IMG/VR virus record: IMGVR_UViG_3300036770_004143
Span: 1 to 64,000 of that record
Length of the DNA stretch: 64,000 nucleotides
Strand: one strand, 5' to 3'
Position numbers and translations under genes: made by a program. Shown here piece after piece: positions 49,892 to 60,738 of the stretch (its first letter is position 1; the number at the start of each line of letters is the position of its first letter). The notes beneath the pieces were generated by a model, which made no database searches, had not been told where the DNA came from, and saw only the letters and a program-made list of their open reading frames with translations.

Positions 49892-52800
49892 ATGAAAAAC
49901 ATTTTTAAAACGTTGCTATTCACATTTGCAACGTTAACAATTAGTTATGGCCAAGTAACAACTTCAGCCATATCAGGAACAATCAAAGATGCAAGTAATG
50001 AGGTGCTTATTGGTGCAACAATTGAAGCAGTTCATTTACCATCTGGAACAAGTTATGGTACATCCACAGATGTTGATGGTACATATAGGATTTCAGGAAT
50101 GCGCATTGGTGGTCCTTATAGCATCACAGTTAGCTATGTAGGTTATGCCACAAAAACCCAATCAAATGTCATTTTGAACTTGGGGTCAACAGCAAATCTA
50201 AGTTATTCACTTGATGTGGTTGAATATGGTTTGACTGAAGTTACTATTAATGCAAACAAAAGTGGTATTTTTTCATCTAATAGAACAGGTGCTGCCACAC
50301 AGTTTAATTCAACTATGATTAATAGTTTACCAACAATTGGAAGAACAATTGATGATATCACAAAATATAATGCTTATGGAAATGGGCGTTCATTTGGTGG
50401 TCAAGATAGCCGTTTTAACAACTTCACAATTGATGGTTCTGTATTCAACAATGGCTTTGGTCTTGGGTCTTCTGCTGCTGCTGGTGGTAGAACAGGAACA
50501 ACAGCAATCTCCATTGATGCACTTGAAGAAGTGCAATTGAATATTGCCCCCTTTGATGTTAGACAATCAGGGTTTGTTGGTGCTGGTGTAAATGCTGTAA
50601 CCCGCTCTGGAACAAATGATATTGAAGGATCATTCTATCGTTTGTTTAGGTCAAGTGATTTAGTTGGTAAAATAGTAAATGGTGTTAAACTACCTACAAT
50701 CTTTGTTGATGAAAAAACAACAGGGTTTAGGATTGGTGCACCAATTATTAAGAACAAGTTGTTTATCTTTGCAAATGCTGAACAATTTGTTGGGTCAACT
50801 CCAGCATTAAGTTGGCAAACAAACAAGCCTGGTGCAACAGGCAATGTATCAAGAGTAACTGAAAGTGATTTGAAGGATTTGGCTTCATTTATGAAAACAA
50901 ACTTTAATTATGAGTTGGGACAACTTGATAATTTTAACAATGATGTAAAGAGTACAAAAGGGCTTATTCGTTTGGATTATAACATTAATCAAAAACATAA
51001 AGCGTCTTTAAGGTATTCTCATCATAATTCTGAATCTGAACAACTTATTAGTTCATCAAATAGTTCTAATACTGCAGGTAATGGAAATAGACAAAACTCT
51101 GCCTTTGCAATTTCAGGGGAAAACACAGGTTATCTTATTCAAGATAATACAAGGTCAGTAGCATTTGAATTGAATTCAGTTCTAACATCAAAAATATCAA
51201 ACAATTTTATTGCAACTTACAATAAGCAAATTGAAGATAGAAAATATAGAACAGATTTATTCCCAACTGTGGACATTTTAAAAGATGGTACAACTTATAC
51301 AACAGTTGGTTTTGACCCCTTTACACCAAATAATAAATTGAATTATAGTACATTGAATTTGACAAACAATTTTAATTTACTATCTGGAAAACATTATTTC
51401 ACTTTTGGTGTAGGTTATGAGTATTTCCAATCAAATAATGTGTTCTTCCCAGCATCAAATGGTGTCTATGTATATAACTCTATTGATGACTTCAAGAAAG
51501 CAGCATTACAATTCAAAAATGACCCAAACAATCCACTTTCACCAGTTACTGTTAATCGTTACAATTTAAGATATTCATTACTACCAGGGGGTATTGAGCC
51601 AATGCAAACCTTAAAAGTTTCAACATTAAGTGCTTATGTTCAAGATGAATATACATTAACTGAAAAGTTAAAAATAACTGCAGGTTTAAGAGGCGATGTT
51701 GTTATGTATGACAATTCAACAGCAGCAGATTTCTATAATCCAGTTGTTGGTGGTTTGACATTCACAGATAAAAATGGCCAACCTACTAAGATTAACACAA
51801 ATAAATTCCCAAGCAGAGCATTATTGTTATCCCCAAGATTAGGATTCAACTATGATGTGGATGGTGAGAGAACAACCCAAGTTAGGGGTGGAACAGGAAT
51901 ATTTGTTTCTCGTATTCCACAAGTATTAGTTTCAAATCAATTAGGTAATAATGGTGTAAATACAGCTGTAATCAATGTAACAAATACAACAGCATACCCA
52001 TTCACAACTGACCCAAGCAGATTTGCACCAACAACAACAGATATTACAAGTTTACGTCCTTATGTTATTAATGCGTCAAGTCAGGATTTGAAATACCCAT
52101 CAGTATGGAAATCAAATATTGCTGTTGACCACAAATTACCTTTTGGGTTAGTTGCTACATTAGAAGGTGTATATGGTAAGACATTATCTGGTTTAAGATA
52201 TATTGATGCTAACTTAAAAGCACCAGATAGATATTTGGCAGATGAAAGACCACGTTTCCCAGCATCAGGTGTAACAAGTTCAGGTTCTGGTGCAACAAAT
52301 ACAGTTGCTGTTGCAAGATTCTTAAACCCAACCATTGCAAATGCGTTTGTTCTTACAAATACAGATAGAGGTTATTCTTATGCTTTAACTGCAAAGATTG
52401 AAAAACCAGCAGTTAATGGTTTAGGTGGTATGATTGGTTATACCAATGCAAAATCCACTGACCTCCAATCAGTTGGTAGCACAGTTCAAGCAAATGCCCC
52501 TACTGTTGGCGGACAAAACTTCTTAACGCCTTCCTTTACAGATAATGATTTACGTCATAGATTTGTTGGATATGTTAACTATAGAATAAATTATGGTGGC
52601 AAGTTTGGAGGTTCAACAGAAGTTACATTAGGTGCAACATCTGCAAGTGGAAGCAAATTAAGTTATATTTATGGAAATGATTTAAATGGTGATGGTCAGA
52701 TTAATGATTTGATTTATATACCACAAAATGCCACAGAATTGACATTTGCAACACTTACAGCAGGTGGTAAGACTTTCACCCCAGAACAACAACAAGTAGC

Positions 52801-53215
52801 ATTAGATGCTCTTATTTCAAGCGATGAATACCTTAACTCACGTAGAGGAACATATGCACAAAGAAATGGTGGATTTTTTCCTTGGTTAACAAGAGTTGAT
52901 TTATCAGCAGTTCAAGAAGTTTATGTTAATGTTAATGGTAAGTTAAATAGATTACAATTTAGAGCAGATATTCTTAACTTTGGAAATATGTTAAACAATG
53001 CTTGGGGTGTAGGGTATTCCACAACATCTGGTAGTTTTGGCACAGCAAGTCCTTTGACAGTTGCATCAGTTTCAGCAGCAGGTGTGCCAACATATAGAAT
53101 GGCAACAAGAGTTGTTGATGGTGCTACACAATTACTTGACAAGACATTTGTTAAGACAATTAGTGTTGGAAATGCTTGGCAGGCTCAATTAGGGTTAAGG
53201 TATTTCTTTAATTAA
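49892..53215 (+). CDS. TonB-dependent outer-membrane receptor (Oar-like, N-terminal carboxypeptidase-regulatory-like domain)
   Basis: Sec signal peptide; ISGTIKD..LIGATI..; plug NFTIDG...[11 protein letters not shown]...[21 protein letters not shown]; YVQDE; SPRLGFNYD; C-terminal beta-signal QLGLRYFFN. Confidence 0.9.
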   Translation: MKNIFKTLLFTFATLTISYGQVTTSAISGTIKDASNEVLIGATIEAVHLPSGTSYGTSTDVDGTYRISGMRIGGPYSITVSYVGYATKTQSNVILNLGSTANLSYSLDVVEYGLTEVTINANKSGIFSSNRTGAATQFNSTMINSLPTIGRTIDDITKYNAYGNGRSFGGQDSRFNNFTIDGSVFNNGFGLGSSAAAGGRTGTTAISIDALEEVQLNIAPFDVRQSGFVGAGVNAVTRSGTNDIEGSFYRLFRSSDLVGKIVNGVKLPTIFVDEKTTGFRIGAPIIKNKLFIFANAEQFVGSTPALSWQTNKPGATGNVSRVTESDLKDLASFMKTNFNYELGQLDNFNNDVKSTKGLIRLDYNINQKHKASLRYSHHNSESEQLISSSNSSNTAGNGNRQNSAFAISGENTGYLIQDNTRSVAFELNSVLTSKISNNFIATYNKQIEDRKYRTDLFPTVDILKDGTTYTTVGFDPFTPNNKLNYSTLNLTNNFNLLSGKHYFTFGVGYEYFQSNNVFFPASNGVYVYNSIDDFKKAALQFKNDPNNPLSPVTVNRYNLRYSLLPGGIEPMQTLKVSTLSAYVQDEYTLTEKLKITAGLRGDVVMYDNSTAADFYNPVVGGLTFTDKNGQPTKINTNKFPSRALLLSPRLGFNYDVDGERTTQVRGGTGIFVSRIPQVLVSNQLGNNGVNTAVINVTNTTAYPFTTDPSRFAPTTTDITSLRPYVINASSQDLKYPSVWKSNIAVDHKLPFGLVATLEGVYGKTLSGLRYIDANLKAPDRYLADERPRFPASGVTSSGSGATNTVAVARFLNPTIANAFVLTNTDRGYSYALTAKIEKPAVNGLGGMIGYTNAKSTDLQSVGSTVQANAPTVGGQNFLTPSFTDNDLRHRFVGYVNYRINYGGKFGGSTEVTLGATSASGSKLSYIYGNDLNGDGQINDLIYIPQNATELTFATLTAGGKTFTPEQQQVALDALISSDEYLNSRRGTYAQRNGGFFPWLTRVDLSAVQEVYVNVNGKLNRLQFRADILNFGNMLNNAWGVGYSTTSGSFGTASPLTVASVSAAGVPTYRMATRVVDGATQLLDKTFVKTISVGNAWQAQLGLRYFFN

Positions 53216-53360
53216 TAAACAAGTGGTGTCCTCAATATAAGGTTGGGGGCATCTTTTAAAATTTTTAGATTATTTAAAATACAATAAAATATTTAAATCT
53301 TGCCAAAACAAAAAATAAAATAGAGATTTGGCAACTTATAAAAAATTCAAGAATTAGGGG

Positions 53361-53398
53361 AAAGGGGTAGAATACTACCCCTTTTTTTATTATATTTG
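53361..53398 (+). terminator. Terminator followed by a TAnnTTTG box for metK
   Basis: AAAGGGGTAG-AATA-CTACCCCTTTTTTT, then TATATTTG (53391-98). Confidence 0.65.
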
Positions 53399-53428
53399 TA
53401 TTCATTACATAACTTAAAACAAAAAAAT

Positions 53429-54562
53429 ATGAGATTAATAACATCAGAGAGTGTTTCTTGTGGGCATCCAGATAAGGTTGCTGATCAGATTTCAGATGCC
53501 ATTTTGGATGCTTACCTTACATTAGACCCCAATGCAAAGGTTGCAGTTGAAACAATGGTAAAAGACAATTGTGTGGTATTAGGGGGTGAAATTACTAGCA
53601 CTCATACAATTAATTATGAGAACATTATCAAAGCTGTGATTGAAGATATTGGCTACCATGATGCTAATCATGGGTTTTATTTCAATAATATCACTATAAT
53701 TAATTTGATTGGAAAACAAAGTCCTGAAATTAATTCTGCTGTTTTACAGAATGGTGAAGAATCTTTGGGGGCAGGCGATCAAGGTTTTATGACAGGATTT
53801 GCAACAAATGAAACAGAAACATATATGCCAATTGGTATGTATGTTGCAAAGAAATTGGCAGATTATGTTTATAGTCTTGATTTAGGTCCAGATATTAAAA
53901 CACAAGTGACAATTGAAGAATGGCCTGATTTTAAAAGAATCCATACCATTTTGGTTTCTACAATGCATAGGACATTTACCTTGGAAGAGTTGAGGACAAA
54001 ACTCACTAAATTCATCTATGATAATAATATGGAACTTCAAGATGATATATTTGCACTTATTGACAAGGAAACAAAAATTGTTATAAATCCAGCTGGTTCT
54101 TGGCATGTTGGTGGTCCAGTTGCAGATTGTGGTGTTACAGGAAGAAAGATTGTGGTTGACCAATATGGACCATATAACCCTGTTGGTGGGGGTGCATTTA
54201 GTGGAAAAGACCCAAGCAAGGTAGATAGAAGTGGTGCTTATTTAGCAAGGTATATTGCAAAAAACATTGTAGCAGCAGGGTTTGCAGATAAATGTGCTGT
54301 TGAAATTGCTTATATGATTGGCGTTGCTAAACCAGCATCACTAAACATAAACACATTTGGGCAATATTCTAATGAATGGTTAGAGGATATTGTTAGTAGG
54401 ATATTCCCAATGACACCATCTAGCATTATTGATCATTTTAATTTGAAAAGACCAATCTATCTTGATTCATCAAGAGGTCATTTTGGAAATGATATAATGC
54501 CTTGGGAAAAATTGGATATGGTTTATGAGTTAAAGCAATTAGCGGCTATTCATAAGGTTTAG
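53429..54562 (+). CDS. metK: S-adenosylmethionine synthetase
   Basis: TSESVSCGHPDKVADQISD, GAGDQG, KTQVT, G.TGRKIVVDQYG, GGGAFSGKDPSKVDRS, GHFG. Confidence 0.97.
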   Translation: MRLITSESVSCGHPDKVADQISDAILDAYLTLDPNAKVAVETMVKDNCVVLGGEITSTHTINYENIIKAVIEDIGYHDANHGFYFNNITIINLIGKQSPEINSAVLQNGEESLGAGDQGFMTGFATNETETYMPIGMYVAKKLADYVYSLDLGPDIKTQVTIEEWPDFKRIHTILVSTMHRTFTLEELRTKLTKFIYDNNMELQDDIFALIDKETKIVINPAGSWHVGGPVADCGVTGRKIVVDQYGPYNPVGGGAFSGKDPSKVDRSGAYLARYIAKNIVAAGFADKCAVEIAYMIGVAKPASLNINTFGQYSNEWLEDIVSRIFPMTPSSIIDHFNLKRPIYLDSSRGHFGNDIMPWEKLDMVYELKQLAAIHKV

Positions 54563-55702
54563 ATAATTGTCAATAAAATCCTGGGGGTAGTTAGACTTTT
54601 TCATAGTTCTAACTACCTCATTTATTTTATCTTCATCTGATAACCTTGGATTTGAACTAACACCATCCTCTATTGGCCAACCATTTAAATCTGATACTGG
54701 TAATTTATATTCTTTATTGTCTTTCTTTGATGTGATGTTTTTGACCTTCTCCCAAATTACAGCCAACAAAGTACTATCATGCCACTTGTATATCATACCT
54801 TTATAACCCATTTTCTCCAACATATTTGACATATATATCACCTGCATTTGGTATGGTACATTATCACTCCCATACATTTTAGCAGCAATATCATATAAGT
54901 TTAATGGATCTTTATTGAAGGGATATAAATCTTTCAAATCAACTTTTGCTGTATATAATGTACCAGAAACAATCCTTTCTTTTTGATTTAAATTTGTATA
55001 AAAGAATAATCTATTTTTCCCCCACCATTGCTCTGAACTTGTGTATGAATGTTTTCCAAAATGAGATGGATCTAAGTATTCCAAATCTGGTTCACCAAAA
55101 TGATATAACTTAACATAATCACCTTCTGTTTCCAATTGGGAAAGCCAAAAGTCATTAAATAATACTTTATTTGGTTTTTCTGGCAAATTATTTACATCTC
55201 CCTTTATAGTTGATTCTAATAATTGCTTCACCTCTGGATGAGATAAAAATAAATCAATATCTTTTTTTATTCTTTTTGAATCACAAATTGTTGCTTTTTT
55301 AAGAAAACGTTTTGGTATTTTATTGTATTCCTTATGCCAAATTTCTATTCTATAATCTTCTGGTAAATCTAGTAATTTTTTATCATACCAATCTTGCATT
55401 CTTTGATTTACATCTTCCTCTGTTGATAGTCCATTTGAATCTAAATATAGATTGTCTATTTTAACATAGGCATGGACAATAGTTGAATCCTCCAATTCAC
55501 CCTCATCATAATCATAAATTAAATCAGCCAATATTAAATAATATCTAATATTTCTATCTGGGTATTGTTTTTTTAATTTAACAATAAGATTATCCGCAAA
55601 ATAATTACAGAACCCATCTTGATAATTATATTCATTACTTGTGTTCCACTTTGGTTCAAGTTCTTCCCTTAATATTTCTTTTATTGATTGGATTAGTTTC
55701 AT
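54539..55702 (-). CDS. Hypothetical two-domain protein; C-half possibly ADP-ribosyltransferase-like
   Basis: N-terminal IKEILREE; G.C...HAYV...LDS papain-like hint; LYH...LDP..FG...FFYT...G.LY...V. Confidence 0.45.
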   Translation of the reverse strand: MKLIQSIKEILREELEPKWNTSNEYNYQDGFCNYFADNLIVKLKKQYPDRNIRYYLILADLIYDYDEGELEDSTIVHAYVKIDNLYLDSNGLSTEEDVNQRMQDWYDKKLLDLPEDYRIEIWHKEYNKIPKRFLKKATICDSKRIKKDIDLFLSHPEVKQLLESTIKGDVNNLPEKPNKVLFNDFWLSQLETEGDYVKLYHFGEPDLEYLDPSHFGKHSYTSSEQWWGKNRLFFYTNLNQKERIVSGTLYTAKVDLKDLYPFNKDPLNLYDIAAKMYGSDNVPYQMQVIYMSNMLEKMGYKGMIYKWHDSTLLAVIWEKVKNITSKKDNKEYKLPVSDLNGWPIEDGVSSNPRLSDEDKINEVVRTMKKSNYPQDFIDNYLNLMNSR

Positions 55703-55728
55703 ATACATAAATATATCATAATCACATT

Positions 55729-56985
55729 TTAACCAATATTAAGTTGCCCTGTAATTCTATCACACCAACCTTTTGATGTTGAATATGGCCAAACAACCCA
55801 ATATTTTGGCTGTTTTGTTGTTTGAAAATCTCTCCATATCTTGCAATATTTATCTGGGTCGTTCATCATTGAATTAATCTCATTCTTATCAGCATCCCTT
55901 CTATATAATGTTTCATCATTCTCATCATGGAATGCAACCACCCAATATTCATAATCTTTTTCTGGAACTGAACTATATTGGACATCAATGCAATGCCGGA
56001 ATATAATGGAAAAACTATTCTCCCATTCTTCTTCTGTCTTATATTCCTCCTTAACTGGGGGATTTTTCTTATCTATTGTCCATTGTTGAACTGCACGTTT
56101 TGCAAAATGAATTCCAGCATATTTTTCATAATCCCTTAATGTTCTAACTGGACCAAACCCATATAATCCATCATGACCCTCTTGTTCCACACCATCCACA
56201 CCAAACAATCTCTTATTTAAATAATGTGCCCTATCATTACGTTTAACCCATTCCTTATCATCATCCCATTGTTTAACCTTTCCCTTTCTTGTATATTCAT
56301 GATATATGATTGGAAAGTGGGGGTGAAACAAATCATAACCCCAAGTATAAGCCCTAACTGCAATGGATATCTCCTCACCATGAAAATAATATTCTGGATT
56401 ATGTTGAACCTCCTTTGCAAATTGCCCCAATGTGAAACAATAATGTGCTGAATAAAATCTTGCTGGAATTGGTTTTTGTAATGTCTTCCATTCATCAATT
56501 GTTTCCGGCATAAAAAATACATTCCCCTCTGGTGCAAACCTATCAAAAACCATCCTCCAAGGGTCTTGCACCCTCCCTGCTGGATCATTTGTTGGTTCAT
56601 AAGAACAAGCATAGGAAGTTAATAAAGGCTTCTTATAGCCATCTTTCTGTAACCCCTTAATTATTTTTATTAATGTGTCATCCCAATCTTGATTGAAACG
56701 CATATGTGAATCAAGTTGAAGGGTATATTCCTCATTATTATACAATTGCTGAAGTTTATTCCTTGCCCAACAAGCACCTTTTGATTCAGCATAAGGAATA
56801 TCCAATATTTTAAATCTTTTATCTTTTCTCCACTTATCAAGATTATCAAAACCATCCTCATCAGCATATTGTCTTGCAATGGCAAAAACAAGGTTCTTTG
56901 GTTTTTTTGCTTTATCCAGAATATCTTCAATGGTTTTAACTAGTTCAGGGTCACGATAACTTGCAATTTGAACAAATATTTTCAT
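55729..56985 (-). CDS. GT60-like polypeptide N-acetylglucosaminyltransferase
   Basis: IFVQIASYRDPEL..TI, SKGACWAR, LQLDSHMRF..DWD, F.GEE....RAYTWGYD...P....YH.Y. Confidence 0.8.
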   Translation of the reverse strand: MKIFVQIASYRDPELVKTIEDILDKAKKPKNLVFAIARQYADEDGFDNLDKWRKDKRFKILDIPYAESKGACWARNKLQQLYNNEEYTLQLDSHMRFNQDWDDTLIKIIKGLQKDGYKKPLLTSYACSYEPTNDPAGRVQDPWRMVFDRFAPEGNVFFMPETIDEWKTLQKPIPARFYSAHYCFTLGQFAKEVQHNPEYYFHGEEISIAVRAYTWGYDLFHPHFPIIYHEYTRKGKVKQWDDDKEWVKRNDRAHYLNKRLFGVDGVEQEGHDGLYGFGPVRTLRDYEKYAGIHFAKRAVQQWTIDKKNPPVKEEYKTEEEWENSFSIIFRHCIDVQYSSVPEKDYEYWVVAFHDENDETLYRRDADKNEINSMMNDPDKYCKIWRDFQTTKQPKYWVVWPYSTSKGWCDRITGQLNIG

Positions 56986-57031
56986 ATATATTTTTAATAA
57001 AATAATAAGCGTTTATACAAAAAATTAAACC

Positions 57032-59389
57032 TTAATTCTCCCTTCTTAAATCACCAGCATAATGGTCAAATCTATGATGTTCAACAGGGGTTAATAACAA
57101 TATGCTAGGCTTGATAACATTCTTAATTGTTTCTTGATACATAAAAGACATCCATGTATTTTCAAAAGGGTGGGCAAATTTTGTATCAATAAACATTTTT
57201 TTATTCCCAGCCTTTGTTATAAAATGCGTCCAGTTGCAATAATAAATCTCACCATCAGCATAAGGCAAACCATCAAGAGATTTTATATTATTGAATTTTG
57301 TTCTTGGTGCATTTGGATCCAATCCATGTACTGGAAGATTTGGTTTCTCTGGCCAATTCTTAATTCTAAAGTCTTGGGGAACATTATACCAACTCCATTG
57401 TGTTGAATTATCCCCATAGAATTCACTAAAATTAATCTTTAAAAAATCATAACTTTCCTTCTGGATGATATTCAAACATTTATCATATAAGTTGGGGGAA
57501 TATCTATTGAACCCATTTCTACATACCTCATTTGGCTTGTTATAGAAATTCATATCATCCTCGGAGAATATCATAACATCCAAATCACTTGCATCAAAAT
57601 GCTCCGCAATAAACTGCCTTCCACCACATATCCCCAGATTATCTTTCTTTATATGCTCAAATCCATATTCCTCACATAATTCAATATATCTTGGTGTTGT
57701 TGTTAAATCTGTTGAATTATCCAATAAAAACTTGCTTGTCTTATGGATAAAATTGGCATCATAGTCCAACATAGATTTTATCAACGTTTCAAACTGGTTG
57801 GGTGAATTAAACCCAATAACATATAAGCCAACTTTTGAAGTATCCAAAGGCGTGCTACTTATCATCTTATTTTCTGATTTTATCTCTAATGTGTTATTCT
57901 TTAAATCCTCAAAAAACTTTCCAAACAACCCATCACCCCCAATTTCAAAATAATTAATCAAATCAGAATGTTTATAACACATAATGCTAAATATGGATTC
58001 CTCTGTCCCCATATAACCCTCTTGCAAAGTGGATGTCAATATATTATAATATATTGAATTAATATCACTTATGGTATTCTTTGGTCCACCAAAAAATCCA
58101 CCCCTTGCCACCTTATTAACCTTATCACCAACAAGTGAAACCATTTTGTTATATTCAAACCCATGTATTTCTGTTGTTGTTTCATAAGGAAAACACACAA
58201 AGCTAAATTTTGATATATATTTTGACAAATTATTCAAAACCTTATCATGAGTGAAATACCCTGGATGAACCGTATTTGTTAAACCAGCATCAATCCAAAA
58301 CATATATTCTGAATCAAATGGATCCATAATCTTTGCATCATGCAACAAGAACATCTTGGACATAACTAGGGGGTTATAGTATTCTAATTTTGCTTGTGTG
58401 GATTCTTCTAACCATCCAGCTTGTTGATACCAGTGGGGGTTTGTTCTTATTTTTTGGATTAAATTAAAGTAATTATTATTTTTGAACCAATCTAAATCTT
58501 TTTCAATAAAAAAAGTATTTTCTTCATTTCTATGTGTAAAAACAAACTCTTTTAATTTAGCATCACCAAATATAATTAGGTTATTTTCAACATCTAATAA
58601 TTGTTTAAATTTATCCAAATAATGATTATAAGAACGATTCCAACCATCACCCAATGAATCTCTTTTTATATCCCATAATCCAGTTACTAGTGTAACATTC
58701 CTTTTTTCTTGAGTAAAATCCATTATATTATTTCTAATTTTATCTAAATCCCAAAAAGCTAATGTTTTTCTATTCCCATTGTCAAAATTATCCACTATAA
58801 CATCTTCCTCTAAATAAATCTCAGGATTAGGTAAATTAAATGGATTAGACATTAAATTAACAGGATAAAACCTGCCGTATTCAACACCTTCATTTTCTCT
58901 ATGAATATCATCTTTTTTACAAGGAAACCATTTTTCACCTATTTTTTTAGCCCAAGTTGTACTTAAAAGATATTTACATTTTGAGTTCAAAATGTTTTTT
59001 ATGATTTTAACCCCATCTTCAATTGGCATATGACCAATAACGTCTCTAACAATTAGCAAATCACCATTAGGTATTTTATCATTTATTATGTCAAATTCTA
59101 TAAATTTTATTCTATTATTAGAATATCTTTCATTATTATAATCAATTGCTTTTTTTACAATGTCACCACCAGTATAACTTTCAAAATTAAAAACAATCTC
59201 CTTCATCCAGTTAAAGTCACCACAAGGGATGTCAACAACTGACTTTATGTTTTTATCTTTTATTAGTCTTTTTATATTTTCTCTAAGTTTTTGAGTTTCT
59301 AATAAAGTACTACCTGGTCCTGATTTACTTTCAGTGCTACCAAAACCATTATTATCATATATATTATTAAAAATATCTTTATAATTCAT
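57032..59389 (-). CDS. Tri-domain fusion: SAM methyltransferase + HtrL/YibB-like glycosyltransferase + GT-A domain
   Basis: SGPGS...VVDIPCGDFNW; VTLVTGLWDI...WIDAG...GGFFGG...GTEESI; NLGICGGR...FSEDDM. Confidence 0.7.
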   Translation of the reverse strand: MNYKDIFNNIYDNNGFGSTESKSGPGSTLLETQKLRENIKRLIKDKNIKSVVDIPCGDFNWMKEIVFNFESYTGGDIVKKAIDYNNERYSNNRIKFIEFDIINDKIPNGDLLIVRDVIGHMPIEDGVKIIKNILNSKCKYLLSTTWAKKIGEKWFPCKKDDIHRENEGVEYGRFYPVNLMSNPFNLPNPEIYLEEDVIVDNFDNGNRKTLAFWDLDKIRNNIMDFTQEKRNVTLVTGLWDIKRDSLGDGWNRSYNHYLDKFKQLLDVENNLIIFGDAKLKEFVFTHRNEENTFFIEKDLDWFKNNNYFNLIQKIRTNPHWYQQAGWLEESTQAKLEYYNPLVMSKMFLLHDAKIMDPFDSEYMFWIDAGLTNTVHPGYFTHDKVLNNLSKYISKFSFVCFPYETTTEIHGFEYNKMVSLVGDKVNKVARGGFFGGPKNTISDINSIYYNILTSTLQEGYMGTEESIFSIMCYKHSDLINYFEIGGDGLFGKFFEDLKNNTLEIKSENKMISSTPLDTSKVGLYVIGFNSPNQFETLIKSMLDYDANFIHKTSKFLLDNSTDLTTTPRYIELCEEYGFEHIKKDNLGICGGRQFIAEHFDASDLDVMIFSEDDMNFYNKPNEVCRNGFNRYSPNLYDKCLNIIQKESYDFLKINFSEFYGDNSTQWSWYNVPQDFRIKNWPEKPNLPVHGLDPNAPRTKFNNIKSLDGLPYADGEIYYCNWTHFITKAGNKKMFIDTKFAHPFENTWMSFMYQETIKNVIKPSILLLTPVEHHRFDHYAGDLRREN

Positions 59390-59392
59390 ATC

Positions 59393-60022
59393 CTATTTTT
59401 TTATTTTACAAACCCATACAGCATTAGAAAACTCATTTGGTTTGTAAGATTCTAAATTATTTTCAAGTACAGATTCATTAATATCTTCTTCGGTTATTTC
59501 GCACCAATTCCAAATTTTATCTTTAATTTCAGTTTCATACACTTCTTTATTAACTGAATAGTCGTGCGCTAAAATATAATCACCTGATTTTATTTTTTTT
59601 GATAAAACTTTAAATTCCCCTATTTTCCAACCACCATCACACAATACAATAGTAACACCATCTTTTTGAATAAAATCTACAACTTCTTGTTTTACACTTG
59701 ACCAATCATCACTAAAAATATTTTCAACTCTCACATCAATACCTTTTTCAATTATTTGATTATACCAGGGTCTTTCAGAAATATCATAAGACAATATTTT
59801 TGTATCCAAATTTAATTCATCTGAAATTATTTTTAAAAACTCTGTAAAACCCCCCAAAGCTGTACCTATTTCTAAAATCCTACTTGGTTTAACGTCATTT
59901 AAAAAATTATAAAATAGTTGATAGGCATGATGGCTTTGTTGTGCTGTACACCCCATAAATGCAGATAAACTATCACCATCAATCAAGTTTGTAAATCTAG
60001 TTATTCTTTCTTGTATATTCAT
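59393..60022 (-). CDS. Class I SAM-dependent methyltransferase (CmcI/Methyltransf_24-like)
   Basis: ILEIGTALGG, SYDI, LCDGG, GDYILAHD. Confidence 0.75.
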   Translation of the reverse strand: MNIQERITRFTNLIDGDSLSAFMGCTAQQSHHAYQLFYNFLNDVKPSRILEIGTALGGFTEFLKIISDELNLDTKILSYDISERPWYNQIIEKGIDVRVENIFSDDWSSVKQEVVDFIQKDGVTIVLCDGGWKIGEFKVLSKKIKSGDYILAHDYSVNKEVYETEIKDKIWNWCEITEEDINESVLENNLESYKPNEFSNAVWVCKIKK

Positions 60023-60024
60023 AA

Positions 60025-60738
60025 TTAAAATCTTCTATGTAATTTATTTGTTTTATCATGGAATTCAAAACAATCTGGCAAATAATGTCTAAAACTATCC
60101 CAATCCCATTTCATATTAGCTTCTAACGCTGAAACCCCAATGTCAAAACCATCAGGGTAATTCCTAATGTTATTGTGTACTGAATACCATAAAAATTCTT
60201 CCCATCGTCTAACAAAATATCTAAATTTCCAATTATTCCTAAAAACCAAAAATTGTTCATTAACTACATGAGCTTCATCCCACTTATCATGTTCAAATAC
60301 ATTATAGTCATACATTTTTCGATCAAAAAAACAATTACTCATATCTTTTTTATAATCACCAATTTTAGATGGTCTTTCAAATAAAAAATCTAAATCATTT
60401 TTTTCCATATGATTAAATAAATTAAACAATTTATCTTCGGAAAAATTTTCAGTCATTCTCCAATCAGCATCATTATATATAATATAATCATATCCTTTAT
60501 CTAAACAATATTTTAAAGATAAAACTTTTAAATTTAAAAAAAATGAAAATCCTGGATTACCATCATCATACTTGTCTAACTCAAATAAATCTAAATTGAC
60601 TTTGGGTCCAACAATGCAATTTTCATTTGTTGTTATATTAAAAGATGCTGTACAAGATTCACTATATTTACTATAACTCTCTGTAGCATTATCCAAGTAT
60701 GGTTGGCCAACTGCTAATGTTGTAAAAATATATTTCAT
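60025..60738 (-). CDS. Putative GT-A glycosyltransferase
   Basis: TTLAVG..Y N-terminus, LK, YIIYNDAD (DxD); cluster context. Confidence 0.55.
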   Translation of the reverse strand: MKYIFTTLAVGQPYLDNATESYSKYSESCTASFNITTNENCIVGPKVNLDLFELDKYDDGNPGFSFFLNLKVLSLKYCLDKGYDYIIYNDADWRMTENFSEDKLFNLFNHMEKNDLDFLFERPSKIGDYKKDMSNCFFDRKMYDYNVFEHDKWDEAHVVNEQFLVFRNNWKFRYFVRRWEEFLWYSVHNNIRNYPDGFDIGVSALEANMKWDWDSFRHYLPDCFEFHDKTNKLHRRF

